The notes beneath the pieces are model-generated. The model saw only the letters and a list, made by a program, of their open reading frames with translations, ran no database searches and had not been told where the DNA came from. Positions 37,500-50,490 of a stretch of DNA of 64,000 bases are shown in pieces. Numbering within the stretch: the stretch's first letter is position 1; each line of letters opens with the position of its first letter. Source of the DNA: Chiloscyllium plagiosum (Eukaryota); the NCBI RefSeq assembly GCF_004010195.1, contig NC_057753.1:4624887-4688886 (forward strand). The letters are read 5' to 3'. The position numbers and the translations under genes were made by a program.

Positions 37500-40400
37500 C
37501 TATTTAAAATCTTTATTAATGACTTAGAGGCAAGGATAGAATGCACTGTAGTCAAATTTGCAGATGACACTGAATCAGGTGGGAACATAAGTTGAAAGGG
37601 AGAAATAGAAAATTTCCAAGTGGATATAGGTAGATTAGATTACTTACAGTGTGGAAACAGGCCCTTCGGCCCAACAAGTCCACACCTACCTGGCGAAGCG
37701 CGACCCACCCAGACCCATTTACCCCGAGGCGGGAATTGAACCCGGGTCTCTGGCGCTGTGAGGCAGCAGTGCTAACCACTGTGAGTGAGTGGGCCAACAT
37801 TTGGCAGATGGGGTTAAATTTGGATGAATGGGAGGCTATCCCTTTTGGTCAGAAGAATTAAAACCCAACTTCGGGGCAGCATGGTGTTTAGCACTGCTGC
37901 CTCACAGTGCCAAGGACCGAGTTCGATTCCAGCTTTGGGTGACCATCTGTCACGTGGAGTTTGCACATTTTCTGCGTGGATTTCCTCCGGGTGCTGCAGT
38001 TTCAACCCGCAGTCCAAAAATATACAGGTTCGGTGGATTGGCCAGGCTAAATTGCCTTGTTGTGTACAGGCGAGGTGGGTTAGCTGCAGTAAGTACAGGA
38101 TTACAGGGATGGTCTGCCTCTGGGTGGGATGCTGTTTGGAGAGTCGATTGGGCCGGATGGCCTCTTTCCACTCTTGTAGGGATTTCATGATGATCTAAAT
38201 GGAGAGAACTTCAAAGTCCTTCAGTGTAGAAAATTCTGGGTGTCTTTGTCCACGAATTGCAGAACTCTAGTGTGCAGGTACAGCAGGATAGCCGTCCGCC
38301 CCCACCCCCTCTCCGGCACGTCGATTTTCCTGCTCCTCGGATGCTGACTGACCTGCTGCACTTTTTCAGCACCACACTTTTCAACTCTGGTCTCCAGCAT
38401 CTGCAGTCCTCACTTTCTCCCAGCAGGATATAAGACAGGTGAATGGAATTTTGACCTTTATTGCTAAAAGAATGGGAGTATAAAAGTAGGAAAGTGTTGT
38501 TGCAATTGTACGAGGCATTTGTGAGGCTGCATGTGGAGCAGTGCATACAGTTTTTTTTTCCCTTGACTTGAGGAAGGATATAATCGCATTGGATGCAATT
38601 CAGGGAAGGTTCACTACATTATCTTCAGAGATAAGGCTTGTCTTATGATCAGGTTGTGCACTGTGAGCCCATACTCAAATTCAGAAGACTGAGAGGAAGT
38701 CTAATTGTGGAATATCAGGTAGTAAAAGGGGTCGACAAAGTAGACGGAGTAAAGACATTTCCCCACCCTTTGTTGGGACATAAGAGGTGGCAGAGTTAAA
38801 ATAAATGAGGAGGCATTATTTCTATCAATGGCTTGTGAATCTGTGGAATTCGTTATACCAGTGTCTGGACATGGAATAAATTTAAGGAGGAGATTGACAG
38901 ATCTTTAAATAGTTATGATTTGGATGGGTTATGGGGAGTGGTCAGGAAAGTGGAGTTGAGGCCAAGATGAGATCAGTCATCGTGGTATTAAATGGGAGAG
39001 CGGTGTTGAGGGGGTGAATACCCTCCTCCTGTTCCTGGTTCCAGTGTTCTGCTACTCAGATAAGGTACATCACAGTGATAAGTAACTGAAGCAAAGGACG
39101 TAGTAATCCGTGGCTAACAACGGGGAATTGAAACTAGCTGCAGATTGAAAAAACAAGGTATCATTGTACAAACATGAGTGGCAGGGCAAAGGAGTGACAG
39201 ATGGCTATTCAGCTAACGGGAAAATGAGAGCAGGCAGAAGTGAGGCATCCTCCTGTGGCATGGAGTGCTGGGATATCACCGTTTATTTCACTGACTTGGA
39301 ATGAAGAGTCCATGTACATAGATCCCTGAAAGTTGCCACCCAGGTGGATAGTGCTGTTAAGAAGGCATACCGTGTGCTAGGTTTCACTCGTAGAGGGATT
39401 GAGTTCCGGAGCTGCAATATCGTGCTGCAACTGTACAAAATGCTAGTGCGCCCACACTTGGAATACTGTGTACAGTTCTGGTCCCCATATTTCAGGAAGG
39501 ATGTGGAAGCATTGGAAAAGATGCCGAGGAGATTTACCAGGATGTTGTGTGGTCTGGAGGGAAGGTCATATGAGGAAAGGCTGAGAGACTTGAACCTGTT
39601 CTCATTGGCAAGAAGAGGGCTAAGAGGGGATTTGATAGAGACATACGAGATTATCAGAGGATTAGAGAGGATGGACAGTGAAGGTCTTTTTCCAAGGATG
39701 ATGTCAGCTTGTATGAGAGGGGATAACTACAAATTGAGGGGTGATAGATTTAAGACAGATGTCAGAGGCAGGTTCTTTACGCAGAGAGTGGTAAGGGCGT
39801 GGAATGCCCTACCTGCCAATGTAGTCAATTCAGCCACATTAGGGAGATTTAAATAATCCTTAGATAAGCACATGGATGATGATGGGATAGTGTAGGGGGA
39901 CGAGCTGAGAATAGTTCACAGGTCGGCGCAACATCGAGGGCCAAAGGGCCTGTTTCTGCGCTGTATTCTAAAATATGGCTACTGCGTTTGCTGCTGCCAC
40001 AAAAGATGGAAGTTGTGACGAGAGCATAAGGAATCTGTGCAATGGGATATCAACGGGTTGAGCAGGAGAAAAAACATGGAAATGGTGGATAAAATGTGAA
40101 CCCTCCTACTTTGGCAGCAAGAACTGAAAAAAAAAGCATGTGACTGGTGAGAGATTGCAGAATGTACAGAGGAATCTGGGGTGTCCTGTCACATGAATCC
40201 CAACACGTTTGCAGGCAGGTACAGCAAGTAATTGGGAGGGCAGCAAGACTGGGTTTTTTTTTTGCAAGGCAATGGAATGTAAAACTAGGGACTTAAAGCA
40301 CAGTACGCTGGAGAAACTCAACAGGTCTGTGGAGAGAGAAACACAGTTAACGTTGAGTCCTGTGCGATGCTCGTTCTGCAGCGTCCACAGTAGGAGGTTT

Positions 40401-40940
40401 CCCTCCAGTCGTACCACGTATCCATCAGAGGATATTCAGTGCACTGTACGGAATTTTGACACGTTGCATGAGGATATAAATCTACTAGAAGCTGTTCAGA
40501 GAAGGTTCCCCCAAATGACTCCTGTTGTGGCGGTTACATGATAATAACAAGTTGGGCCTATATTGACTGAAGTTTAGAAAAACAAGAAGTGCTTTTATTG
40601 AAACATAAGATCCTGAGGGGCCTGACGGGTGGATACTGAAAGGAGGTTTCCTTTTATTGGAGGGACTGGGACTATAGGATCCACTTAAAAAAAAAATCGC
40701 CCACTGAATATAGAGTTGAGAAGAATTCTTTCTCAGAGTGACATGAATCTTTGAAATTCTCAGCTCCAGTGACTGGTGGACAGAGGATCATTGAATATTC
40801 TTAAGGCAGTGTTAAATAGATTCTTTACTAACAAGCGGGTCAAGAGGTACAGGGCGGGGGCTCAGTAATGCAGAATGGAGGCCAGATCAGGCCAGTAATG
40901 AACTTATTAAATGGGGGAGCTGGTTGAATGGGCAAAGTGA
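37500..40940 (+). mobile_element. Stack of degraded CR1 fragments with nested SINEs (37633-37781 -, 37873-38196 +) and a family A tail (38316-38420)
   Basis: KFADDT-like at ~37555, and ORF 39344-39856 [19 protein letters not shown]...FFTQRVVRAWNALP. Confidence 0.75.
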
Positions 40941-41089
40941 CTGACAACGACAGTTGTGTGCTGTTGTCTATATTCACACAAAAGTTTCACAAATCAGGTT
41001 TGTGTTAAGCACATACATTCATTAAAAGCATCTTGTATGGTTCATTTTGAAAGATTCTCTTTCCCCTGTCTCCTCCATCCCTCACCTCC

Positions 41090-41500
41090 GTAGACCCATA
41101 CAGCACAGCAACAGACCGTTCGGTCCAACCAGTCCATGCTGATCCGTAATCCCAAACTAAACTAGTCCCACCTGCCTTATCCCTTCGAACATATTCATGT
41201 ATTTACCTAAATGTCTTTTAAACGCTGCAACTGTACCTGCATCCACCACTTCCTCTGGAAGTTCATTCCACACACAAACTACTGTGTAAAGTAAAAAACT
41301 GCCCCTGGTGTCTTGTTAAATCTCCCTCACCTCAGCTTAAAAATATGCCCCCACCCGAGGGAAATGACACCTTCCAATCACCTTATCTACACTCCTCGTG
41401 ATTACATAAGGTCACCCTCTATAAAGTCACTCCTGTACCTACTACACTCCAGTGAAAAAAGTCCCAGCCTCTCCTTATAACTCAAACCCTCTATTCCCAA
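41090..41500 (-). mobile_element. CR1 LINE 3' fragment
   Basis: Reverse complement of the CR1 tail. Confidence 0.7.
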
Positions 41501-41539
41501 TAAGAGGAGGAGAGTGGACAACCCCACCGCCCTGTGGCC

Positions 41540-41844
41540 GATCAGTTGAAGCTGACCACTTCAACTCCCCCTCCCACTCTGCCTGGGACATGTAAGTCCA
41601 GGTCCTCCTCCATCGCCAAATCCTAGCCACCCCATGCCAGGAGCAAGAACGCCTCATCATCCGCTGAGGGACCCTCCAACCACATGGGATCAATGTGGAT
41701 TTCACCAGTTTCCTTATCTCCCCTCCCCCCACCCCCACGTTATCCCAGATCCAACTCTCCACTCTCCTACCTGTCCATCTTCTTTCCCACCTAACCGTTC
41801 CACCCTCCTCTCTGACCTATCATCCCCCACCTTCACTTCCTACC
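41540..41844 (+). mobile_element. Penelope-like element GIY-YIG C-terminal fragment
   Basis: Translates (with a frameshift and stops) to ADHFNSPSHS..DM...EQERLIIR*GTLQPHGINVDFTSF, homologous to 56400-56570. Confidence 0.7.
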
Positions 41845-42589
41845 NNNNNNNNNNNNNNNNNNNNNNNNNNNNNNNNNNNNNNNNNNNNNNNNNNNNNNNN
41901 NNNNNNNNNNNNNNNNNNNNNNNNNNNNNNNNNNNNNNNNNNNNNNNNNNNNNNNNNNNNNNNNNNNNNNNNNNNNNNNNNNNNNNNNNNNNNNNNNNNN
42001 NNNNNNNNNNNNNNNNNNNNNNNNNNNNNNNNNNNNNNNNNNNNNNNNNNNNNNNNNNNNNNNNNNNNNNNNNNNNNNNNNNNNNNNNNNNNNNNNNNNN
42101 NNNNNNNNNNNNNNNNNNNNNNNNNNNNNNNNNNNNNNNNNNNNNNNNNNNNNNNNNNNNNNNNNNNNNNNNNNNNNNNNNNNNNNNNNNNNNNNNNNNN
42201 NNNNNNNNNNNNNNNNNNNNNNNNNNNNNNNNNNNNNNNNNNNNNNNNNNNNNNNNNNNNNNNNNNNNNNNNNNNNNNNNNNNNNNNNNNNNNNNNNNNN
42301 NNNNNNNNNNNNNNNNNNNNNNNNNNNNNNNNNNNNNNNNNNNNNNNNNNNNNNNNNNNNNNNNNNNNNNNNNNNNNNNNNNNNNNNNNNNNNNNNNNNN
42401 NNNNNNNNNNNNNNNNNNNNNNNNNNNNNNNNNNNNNNNNNNNNNNNNNNNNNNNNNNNNNNNNNNNNNNNNNNNNNNNNNNNNNNNNNNNNNNNNNNNN
42501 NNNNNNNNNNNNNNNNNNNNNNNNNNNNNNNNNNNNNNNNNNNNNNNNNNNNNNNNNNNNNNNNNNNNNNNNNNNNNNNNNNNNNNNNN
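41845..42589. other. Assembly gap (745 N)
   Basis: Run of N. Confidence 0.99.
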
Positions 42590-42804
42590 ATTGTCTAGCT
42601 ATCACCATTGTTAACAGCTAAGCCGAGAATGCAACTTTTTTTAAAAAGGGTTTTGTGATTTACACATGAAAGAAGTGAAACTATCACGGTATTCTAACAG
42701 ATGGAAGGCTTAACAGACAATCAATTTTTCATTGTATAATTTCAGTTACATCACACTGCAAATTTTTGCTACAAATTCTGTGTTAGGATCGAGCCCTCCA
42801 CTAT

Positions 42805-42839
42805 CACCTGATGAAGGAGCGTCGCTCCGAAAGCTAGTG
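42805..42839 (+). ncRNA. Putative minimal type-I hammerhead ribozyme (family D, CUA cleavage triplet)
   Basis: CAC-CTGATGA-A-GGAGC-GTC-GCTCC-GAAA-G-CTA-GTG, in a family D 3' end spanning ~42590-42925. Confidence 0.7.
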
Positions 42840-43055
42840 CTTCCAATTAAACCTGTTGGACTATAACCTGGCACTGTGTGATTTTTAACTTTGTACACCC
42901 CAGTCCAACAGCGGCATCTCCAAATCCTGAGTCCTAGAGTTATGCAACACAGAAACAAACCATTCAGTCCAAATTGTTCATGCCGACCAGATATCCTAAA
43001 TTAATCTAGTCCCATTGGCCAGCAATTGGCCCATGTCCCTCTAAACCTTTCTATT

Positions 43056-43352
43056 TTGATTTAGTCCCTACCCTCCCCTTCACTGTTTTGATCACACAGC
43101 GCTGTCCCTTGATGTGAAGGGCAGTGCTTGTCACCCGGGTGTTTTCCTATCTTCCTGGTGGTGGAAATTGAATAAAGATTCGTGCACTTTGTGTCTTTAA
43201 CTGTGTCTCCCACGTATACACACACACACCATGGGTGCTGGGGAAAAAAATAAGCACTACTGCACTTAGGTGGTAGTGTGGGAAAAAAAGAGAAGTAAAG
43301 AAAAAAAAAGAAAAATAGGACTGTTCCACCGCTGCTGCTGTGAAAAAAAAAA
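43056..43352 (+). mobile_element. Poly(A)-tailed retroposed insertion (L1/Tx1-like 3' end) in a CR1 tail
   Basis: 14-bp TSD taaacctttctatt (43042-43055 / 43353-43366), internal AATAAA, A-rich tracts and a terminal A run. Confidence 0.7.
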
Positions 43353-43825
43353 TAAACCTTTCTATTCATAGACAAGATCGAAAAGGCAGCTGGATGGGTA
43401 TATGTACCAGCTATGTTCATTGCACAGGACATGGGCGTGGATGATAGTGGTGGGCAGTGTTCATTCTAAAGGAGTCCCACCTGAAACAGTGATGGTTAAT
43501 TACCATGTTCACATGATGAGTGACCTGCTAAGTATTACCCCATCTTTATTTTTTGCTCAAACTGCAGGGCTTTGCCCAGTGTTCAAATCGCGATGAATTT
43601 TAAAAGATATGGCCTCATGTGAAGTATTATCGCCAGTTCTGAGGCGTGCATTGTAGCAAGGAATTGAAGCATTAGAGACAGTGCCAAATTTTGAAAAATG
43701 TATTCATTGAAGCATTAGAGACAGTGCAGAGATTTTAGAACATATTCATTGATTATCCTGGAGAAGGTGACGGTAAGATGCCTTCTGAAATTGCTTTAGG
43801 CAAACTTACATTGCTGCGAGTCATG

Positions 43826-44025
43826 ATCAGAGTGGTGCTGGAAAAGCACAGCAGGTCAGGCAGCATCCGAAGAGCAGGAAAATCAACGTTTTGGGCAAAA
43901 GCCCTTCATCAGGAATGAAGGCTCCTGCCCGAAACGTCGATTTTCCTGCTCCTCGGATGCTGCCTGACCTGCTGTGCTTTTCCAGCACCACTCTGATCTT
44001 CAGCATCTGCAGTCCTCACTTTCGC
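43826..44025. mobile_element. Family A hairpin element with degenerate hammerheads on both strands
   Basis: Inverted arms; the minus strand reads CTGATGA-A-GGGC-TTTT-GCCC-AAAACGTT. Confidence 0.8.
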
Positions 44026-44636
44026 CTACACCGCTGTGAGCCAGATACAGGAGCCAGTGATACTGAAGGAATGCTGATGTAGTTCCAGTCATGATGCTGC
44101 ATGACTTGGTGGGGAACTAACAGAGGGAGGTATTCCCATGTATCTGCTGGTTATTTCCTTCACAACAGCATTAGAACTGGGAATAGGAGCAGGGCAGTTT
44201 AGCCACTCAAGCCTGTTTCAACATTTGATATGAAAATAGCTGATTTATGGTTTCCCAGGATCATTGTTTCGGAAGGTGCCTGGGTAGGTTGTTGCACTGC
44301 ACCTTGTCGTTGGTACATGTTTGGAAACAAATTGCTCCTGATACGTTTCCCCACCTGTTTGTATGCAGAACGTGGTTTAACATTTACTGTTGACTGTTGA
44401 TTACCACTGGCTTAACAGTGGTCTGCTACACCCTCTGCTTGTGAACTCTTCCATTGCAAGAACTGCAGTAACGCCACTCTAACAGTAGAGGTAGGGTTTA
44501 ATTCACACTATCTTAGACCTAGCTGTTGTGGGAAGGGTCTCTACACAGGCAAACGTACAGAGAGATTTAAAGACGATTTGTTGCTCAGGTTGGGGTTCTG
44601 GATGTAGGTTTGCTCGCTGAGCGGGAAGGTTCATTT

Positions 44637-44676
44637 CCAGACGTTTCGTCACCCTACTAGGTAACATCTTCAGTGG
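44637..44676 (-). ncRNA. Putative minimal hammerhead ribozyme (family B)
   Basis: Minus strand reads CCA-CTGAAGA-T-GTTACC-TAGTAG-GGTGAC-GAAAC-GTC-TGG. Confidence 0.7.
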
Positions 44677-44749
44677 GCCTCCAGGTGGAGCACTGTTGAT
44701 AATTCCTACTTAAAACATATAAATAGAAAACAGGAATTCGCCCGGAGGC

Positions 44750-44789
44750 CCACTGAAGAGGTTACCTAGTAGGGTGATGAAACGTCTGG
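44750..44789 (+). ncRNA. Putative minimal hammerhead ribozyme (family B)
   Basis: CCA-CTGAAGA-G-GTTACC-TAGTAG-GGTGAT-GAAAC-GTC-TGG. Confidence 0.62.
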
Positions 44790-45404
44790 AAATGAACCTT
44801 CCAGCTCAACGAGCAAACCTACATCCAGTAAAGAGAGACACCTGAATTAAAAAAAAAGGTAGAGATCATCAGATTATCAACACTTCGGTACAAAACAACC
44901 AAGATCTACCCCTTTATCAATGTCTTTGCTATTAACAGCGAGTTTAAAAAGTCCAGAATTGGAGTCAGAAATCTTCAGTTCCTTTCTGGGGGGTTGGCTA
45001 GTCAAGGGTTCAGGAGCTGCAAACAGTTTCTTCTCTTTAAAAAAAAAATTCCTACGTCAGGCACCTGAGGGAATATCCCGGAAATTTAGTCTAATTCAAT
45101 GCTTTCACAAAAGAAAGCCAATCCTTGAAGACAGCACACATACAGAATTCTGCCTAATATTGTGCAGGCCAGAGATTAGACCTGGGGGGAAGGTTGAGAT
45201 AATCAGTGGATGTATTAGGAAAGATCATTCATCCCTGAACTGACTGCCTATTTCAATATGGTGTCATTAAAAAGCAGTCGGTTTCAGCACTGGAAGCATA
45301 TTGCGATCAAGCCTCCTTGGCAAGAAAACCAGAGACAAAGGGGATTGAGAGAAAGGCTTGCGCAGCAGCTAAAACAACTTCTGATGGAAAGAAAAACAAA
45401 GAAA

Positions 45405-45993
45405 ATTTACAGCCCAGGAACCGGCCCTTCAGCCCTGAGCTGATCCAAATGTACTGTCTAAACCTGTCACCCAATTCCGAAGCATCTGTATCCCTCTGCT
45501 CCCCACCTACTCATACATCTGTCCAGATGCATCTTAAATAAATCTACTGTACCTGCCTCTACCATCACTGCTGGCAACGCGTTCAAAGCGCCCACCATCC
45601 TCTGTGTGAAGTACTTGCCACGTGTATCCCCCTTAAACTTTTCACCTCTCACCTTGAAAGCGTGACCTCTCATTATAGAATCTTTCACCCTGGGAAAAAG
45701 CTCGTCTCTATCCACCCGGTCTATACCCTTCATGATTTTGTAAACCACTATCAGGTCCCCCCTCAGTCTCCTTTTTTCTAATGAAAATAAACCTAACCTA
45801 CTCAACCTCTTTTTCACAGCTCGCACCTTCCATACCAGGCAACATCCTCGTAAACCTTCTCTGCACCCTCTCCAAAGCATCCACATCCTTTTGGTAATGT
45901 GGCGACCAGAACTGTACGCAGTATTCTAAATGCAGCCGAACCAATGTCTTGTACAATTGGCAGCTCTTATACTCAATACCCCATCCAATGAAA
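45405..45993 (-). mobile_element. CR1 LINE 3' fragment
   Basis: [21 protein letters not shown] and LGLFSLEKRRLRGDLI..YKIMKG. Confidence 0.85.
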
Positions 45994-46927
45994 GTGGGGC
46001 AATAAACAGATCTTCTTGAAGGGCAGATATAACTGCAATTCTTCTGTGTTGGGGTTTTCTGTTGGACACAGTAACACAACTTTTTAACAGTTTCTAACAC
46101 AATAGTTTATCATTGCAGTCCCATCAGGAGGGATACAAGCTGGTGATGTCTCACGGACTCTGAACAGGCTTTCACAAGCTTGCTGCTCATTCCAGTCACA
46201 TGATTAAATCAGGGCATTTAATAGGTTTTAAAAAACAGTCACTAAATGGATACAGGTAAATGTTAAAGTTGGTTGAAAATGTTGTGTGTCAATACATGAG
46301 GAAAAGCAGACATCTCAACACCGACCATAACAAACCCATTACTAAAATTCCTCCAGCTGAAATACATCCATTCTCTCTCAGTTTTCTGTCCCTCAGCCAA
46401 TTCTATATCCATGTCCCTTTCATTCCATGAGCTCTAACTTTGCTCACTGGTCTGTTGTGTGGCATTGTATCAGTTACCTTTTAGAGGTACACACACACAC
46501 CACATTAACTGATGAACTTTAAAACAATCTCCAGCAATGACAATTTTGCCTTAAAATTAATGCTAACTCTGATTAACTAACCAGTAATTACTGATATGAA
46601 CTTTAATTTGTCTCGAATGAATACTTCCAGAAGAATACTCATTGCTGCTGTTCCATTGACTGAACTGGTCTTTATGGCCATTTTACAACAAGGGGCCTGA
46701 CATTTGCAATTCTTCTATCCTCTGGCACCATCCCTGTGTAAGGCAGATTAGAATATTATGGCAGTATCGCTGCAGTTTCTATTTTCATTTCCCTCAGTGC
46801 CATTGTCAGCACCTCCTCCAGTCCCGGAGCCTATTACGTTTAAGGACAGAAAACAGTACCTCTTAATTATCAATAATAAACCACTCGAGAGAGAGTCTGA
46901 ATCCACAACAACGTTCAATCCCTCCAG

Positions 46928-47965
46928 TTATTTGTGAACTCGCTGGTGTCTCAGTAGGTGGGATGACTGAGTGAATCCTTTGCCACAGTCGGAGCAAGTG
47001 AACGGTCTCTCCCCCGTGTGAAGACGGTGGTGGACAGTGAGTTGAGAGGAGTGCTTGAACCCTGTCCCACAGTAGGAGCACCTGAATGGTCGCTCATCAG
47101 TGTGAACCCGCTGGTGTGCCTGCAGAATGGACGAGGCCGTGAATGCCTTGCCACACGCAGAGCAGGTGAACGGCTTTTCCCCAGTGTGAGATCTCTGGTG
47201 GACCAGCAGGTGGGTGAGCTGGGCGAAGCCCTTTCCACACTCCGCGCAGGTGAAGGGTCTCTCCCCGGTGTGCGTTCGATGGTGTGTCAGCAGATGGGTT
47301 AACTGAGTGAACCCCTTCCCGCACGTGGAGCAAGTGAACGGCCTGTCTCCAGTGTGAACCCGCTGGTGTAGAGTCAGTTGAGACGAGCGCTTGAAACCAG
47401 CCTCACAGTGAGAGCACCTGAACGGCCTCTCGTCCGTGTGAACACGCTGATGGGACGTTTGCTCCTCGGAGCTTTTGTAGCACTTCCCGCACTCTGGGCA
47501 TTTGAAAGGCCTCTTATCGGTGTGAACCCGCTGGTGTCGCAGCACGTTGGATAACTGAGCGAAGCCTTTCCCACAGTCGGAGCAGGCGAACGGCTTCTCT
47601 CCCGTGTGCACGCGCTGGTGCGTCAGCAAGTGGGTGAACTGGGTGAAACCCTTCCCACAGTCAGGGCAGGTGAACGGCCTCTCCCCCGTGTGAACTCTCT
47701 GGTGTGTCAGCAGGTCAGATAGCTGAGTGAAGCCCTTCCCACACTTGGTGCAGGTGAACGGCTTCTCCCCGGTGTGAATGCGCCGGTGAATTTCCACCTT
47801 TGATGGGGAAATAAACCCCTTGCCGCAGTCTCCGCATTTCCACGGCTTCCCCCCACCGTCACCGCATTTGGGTTTTGACGGATCAGATGCTAGAGTGAAT
47901 CCTTGTCCGCACACAGAACCTGTATACGGTTTCTCTCCACTGAGAACGGTGCTGTCTTCTTCCAT
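46928..47965 (-). CDS. C2H2 zinc-finger protein, 345 aa, 11 fingers plus one degenerate N-terminal finger, no KRAB/SCAN/BTB domain
   Basis: ATG at 47965 ([13 protein letters not shown]...) with an in-frame TGA 4 codons upstream and TAA at 46928-46930. The finger array is intact. Confidence 0.93.
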   Translation of the reverse strand: MEEDSTVLSGEKPYTGSVCGQGFTLASDPSKPKCGDGGGKPWKCGDCGKGFISPSKVEIHRRIHTGEKPFTCTKCGKGFTQLSDLLTHQRVHTGERPFTCPDCGKGFTQFTHLLTHQRVHTGEKPFACSDCGKGFAQLSNVLRHQRVHTDKRPFKCPECGKCYKSSEEQTSHQRVHTDERPFRCSHCEAGFKRSSQLTLHQRVHTGDRPFTCSTCGKGFTQLTHLLTHHRTHTGERPFTCAECGKGFAQLTHLLVHQRSHTGEKPFTCSACGKAFTASSILQAHQRVHTDERPFRCSYCGTGFKHSSQLTVHHRLHTGERPFTCSDCGKGFTQSSHLLRHQRVHK

Positions 47966-48060
47966 GTTCAAAATTCAGGTTAAAACAAACTGGGCGACTG
48001 TCAGATTCTGATTCAACATTCGGTTTCGTTGCCCAACTGCAAACACTATTCTTGTGGTAT

Positions 48061-48115
48061 CCTGTGAAATAGGTTTAAGACAGAGGGGGGAGAAAAAAAT
48101 GAGTGAGAGAGAACC
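48061..48115 (-). promoter_or_regulatory. 3' splice acceptor of the zinc-finger coding exon (exon starts at 48061)
   Basis: Minus strand shows a long pyrimidine tract ending ...ctgtcttaaacctatttcacAG|GAT, 96 nt before the ATG. Confidence 0.75.
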
Positions 48116-49344
48116 CAGAAAAGAGAAGTTGGGAAAATCGAGTTGAATAAATCTTGTAATTTGTAAGGCTGGCCCTGGGAGAAAGTTAGCATGAAAGCTA
48201 ATGGATTGTCATAAATACCCAGTTGTTCACAAATGTCTTTCAGGGAAGGGAACATTCCACCTGGTTTGGTCTTACATAAAACTCTAATCTGTAATAGGAT
48301 GAGGCAGGGGATGTAGGCGTTTGGGGTTGTAGGCAGAGAGAAAATGACTTTGGACAGGCAGAGATACATAATAGAGATAAATTATCGTTGATTTCAATAA
48401 TGCTTGCATTTTATGTTGATAAAATTCTTTGTTCCTTGCAAGGTCACATCAGTCAAAATATTAGCTCTAAATTTCTCTCAGAAATCAATTTTTTTTCTGC
48501 GCAGCTGGATTTGAAACCTAAAAGTAATTTCGGGTTACAAGAAATTTCTTCCACAGTCTACCACTTAAGCACAACACCCACACCTAGTTCCGACACACGG
48601 AAGACTCTGGCCTTGCAAGGAATGTAAGACAAAGGGACAGGCAGGTGGTAAAGGAGAAGGATATGAAACAGCTTCCAACTTGATCAGAAATTTCTCAATC
48701 CTTGAATTTTCACCATCCGGAAGGACCAGTCCAGCCGATGAATGTGAACACCGTCACTTCCCAGTCACACACCATCCTCACTTGTCTGACAGCCAGCACA
48801 GGATTAGCAGACAAATTCCGCCATTTCAATATTGGGAAGATTGAAGCCATTACCTTCATTCCCTTTGTCGAATTGTGCACTCTCAGCACCGACTCCATCC
48901 GTCTCCCCCCACCGACTCCATCCATCTCCCTGGCAAATGTCTGAGGCTGAACTAGACTGTTCACAATCACAGTGAAATATTTCACCCCACCCACACATCC
49001 CAAGACCACCTATTGCCACCTCAGTAACATCCCCTAACTCTACCCGAGTCTAACCTCACCTGCTGCAGAAACGTCATCCATTCCTTTGCTTCCTGGAGAC
49101 TTAACAATCCAAATACACTCCCAAATAAATATTAAATCACTCCACTGATACTGGCTATTCCATCAGTTACCAAGGCCATAAAGTCTGGAGTTTCCTCTCT
49201 CAAACTCCCTGTCTCTTTACCTTCCTTTCCTCCTTTAAGACGTCCCTTCATACCTTGTTATTAGGCAAAATGTTTGGTCACCTGCCCCAACATCTCTGTA
49301 TGCACCCCAGTGTCAAATATCACACTCAGACATTTTTTGTGAAG

Positions 49345-50075
49345 TAGAGTCATACACCTGTACAGCCTGGAAACAGACCGTCTGCTCCAACTCTTCCATG
49401 ACAACCAGATATCCTAAATTAATCCAGTCCCATTTGCCAGCGTTTGGCCCATATCCCTCTAAACCCTTCCTATTCATATTTGGCGAGTCTATTACTATTG
49501 CAACAGTAGTTGACTCACCAATTTTAAGGGCATTTAAATGGTCACTGGACGAGAATGGAATAGTGTCGGTTAGATGGGCTTCAGATCGGTTCCACAGGTC
49601 GGTGCAACATCGAGGACCGAAGGGCCTGGACTGCGCTGGAATGTTCTATGTACCCATTCAGATGCCTTTTAAACTAATTCTAATTGCACCACCTCCTCTG
49701 GCAGCTCATTCCACACACACGCCACTCTCTGCGTGAAAAAGTTGCCCATTAGGTTCCTTTTAAATCTTTCCTCTCTCACCTTAAACATATGCTGTCTAGT
49801 TCTGGACTCACCCACTCCAGGGAAAATACCTTGTCTATTTACCCTATCCGTGCCCCTCATGATTTTATAAACCTCTATAAAACTCAGCCTCCCACGCTCC
49901 AGGGAAAACAGCCCCAGCCTGTTCAGCCTCTCCCTGCAGCTCAAACACTCGAACCCTGGCAACATCCTTGTAAATCTTTGCTGAACCCTTTCAAGTTTCA
50001 CAACATCCATCCCATAGCAGGAAGACCAGAAGTGAATGCAGTATTCCAAAAGTGGCTGAACCAATGTCCTGTACA
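49345..50075 (-). mobile_element. CR1 LINE 3' fragment(s)
   Basis: YRTLVQPLLEYCIHFWS...FFTQRVACVWNELPEEVV. Confidence 0.85.
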
Positions 50076-50118
50076 AATGCCTTGCAACATTGAATGATTA
50101 TTAAGTAATGCAAAGTCT

Positions 50119-50490
50119 GAGAGAAGATTTGTAGCTCGGGTGCTCGTTGTTGTGGTTCTGCTCGCCGAGCTGGGAATTTGTGTTGCAGACTTTTTGTCCC
50201 CTGTCTAGGTGACATCCTCAGTGCTTGGGAGCCTCCTGTGAAGCGCTTCTGTGATCTTTTCTCCGGCATTTGTAGTCCAAACACATCGATCTGGACCCAA
50301 TATACCGGCCACTGCAACGGACAGCTGAAGCTGACAACCGGAAGCGGCAGAGACAAATCACTACAAATGCCGGAGGAAAGGTCACAGAAGCGCTTCACAG
50401 GAGGCTCCCAAGCACTGAGGATGTCACCTAGACAGGGGACGAAACGTCTGCAACACAAATTCCCAGCTCGGCGAACAGAACCACAACAAC
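50119..50490. mobile_element. Penelope-derived family C hairpin (131-bp arms)
   Basis: Arms at 50146-50276 and 50360-50490. The loop encodes KHIDLDPIYRPLQ, homologous to the GIY-YIG C-terminal KHIELDPNYHPLR at ~61300. Confidence 0.85.
50412..50451 (+). ncRNA. Putative minimal hammerhead ribozyme (family C)
   Basis: GCA-CTGAGGA-T-GTCACCT-AGAC-AGGGGAC-GAAAC-GTC-TGC. Confidence 0.7.

Larger units (their letters stand above)
44583..44828. mobile_element. Family B hairpin element
   Basis: Arms at ~44598-44682 and ~44744-44828. Confidence 0.85.

Noticed and set aside
43663..43752. ~44-bp tandem duplication (ttgaagcattagagacagtgc)
   Set aside because: It is a simple local duplication with no evidence of function.
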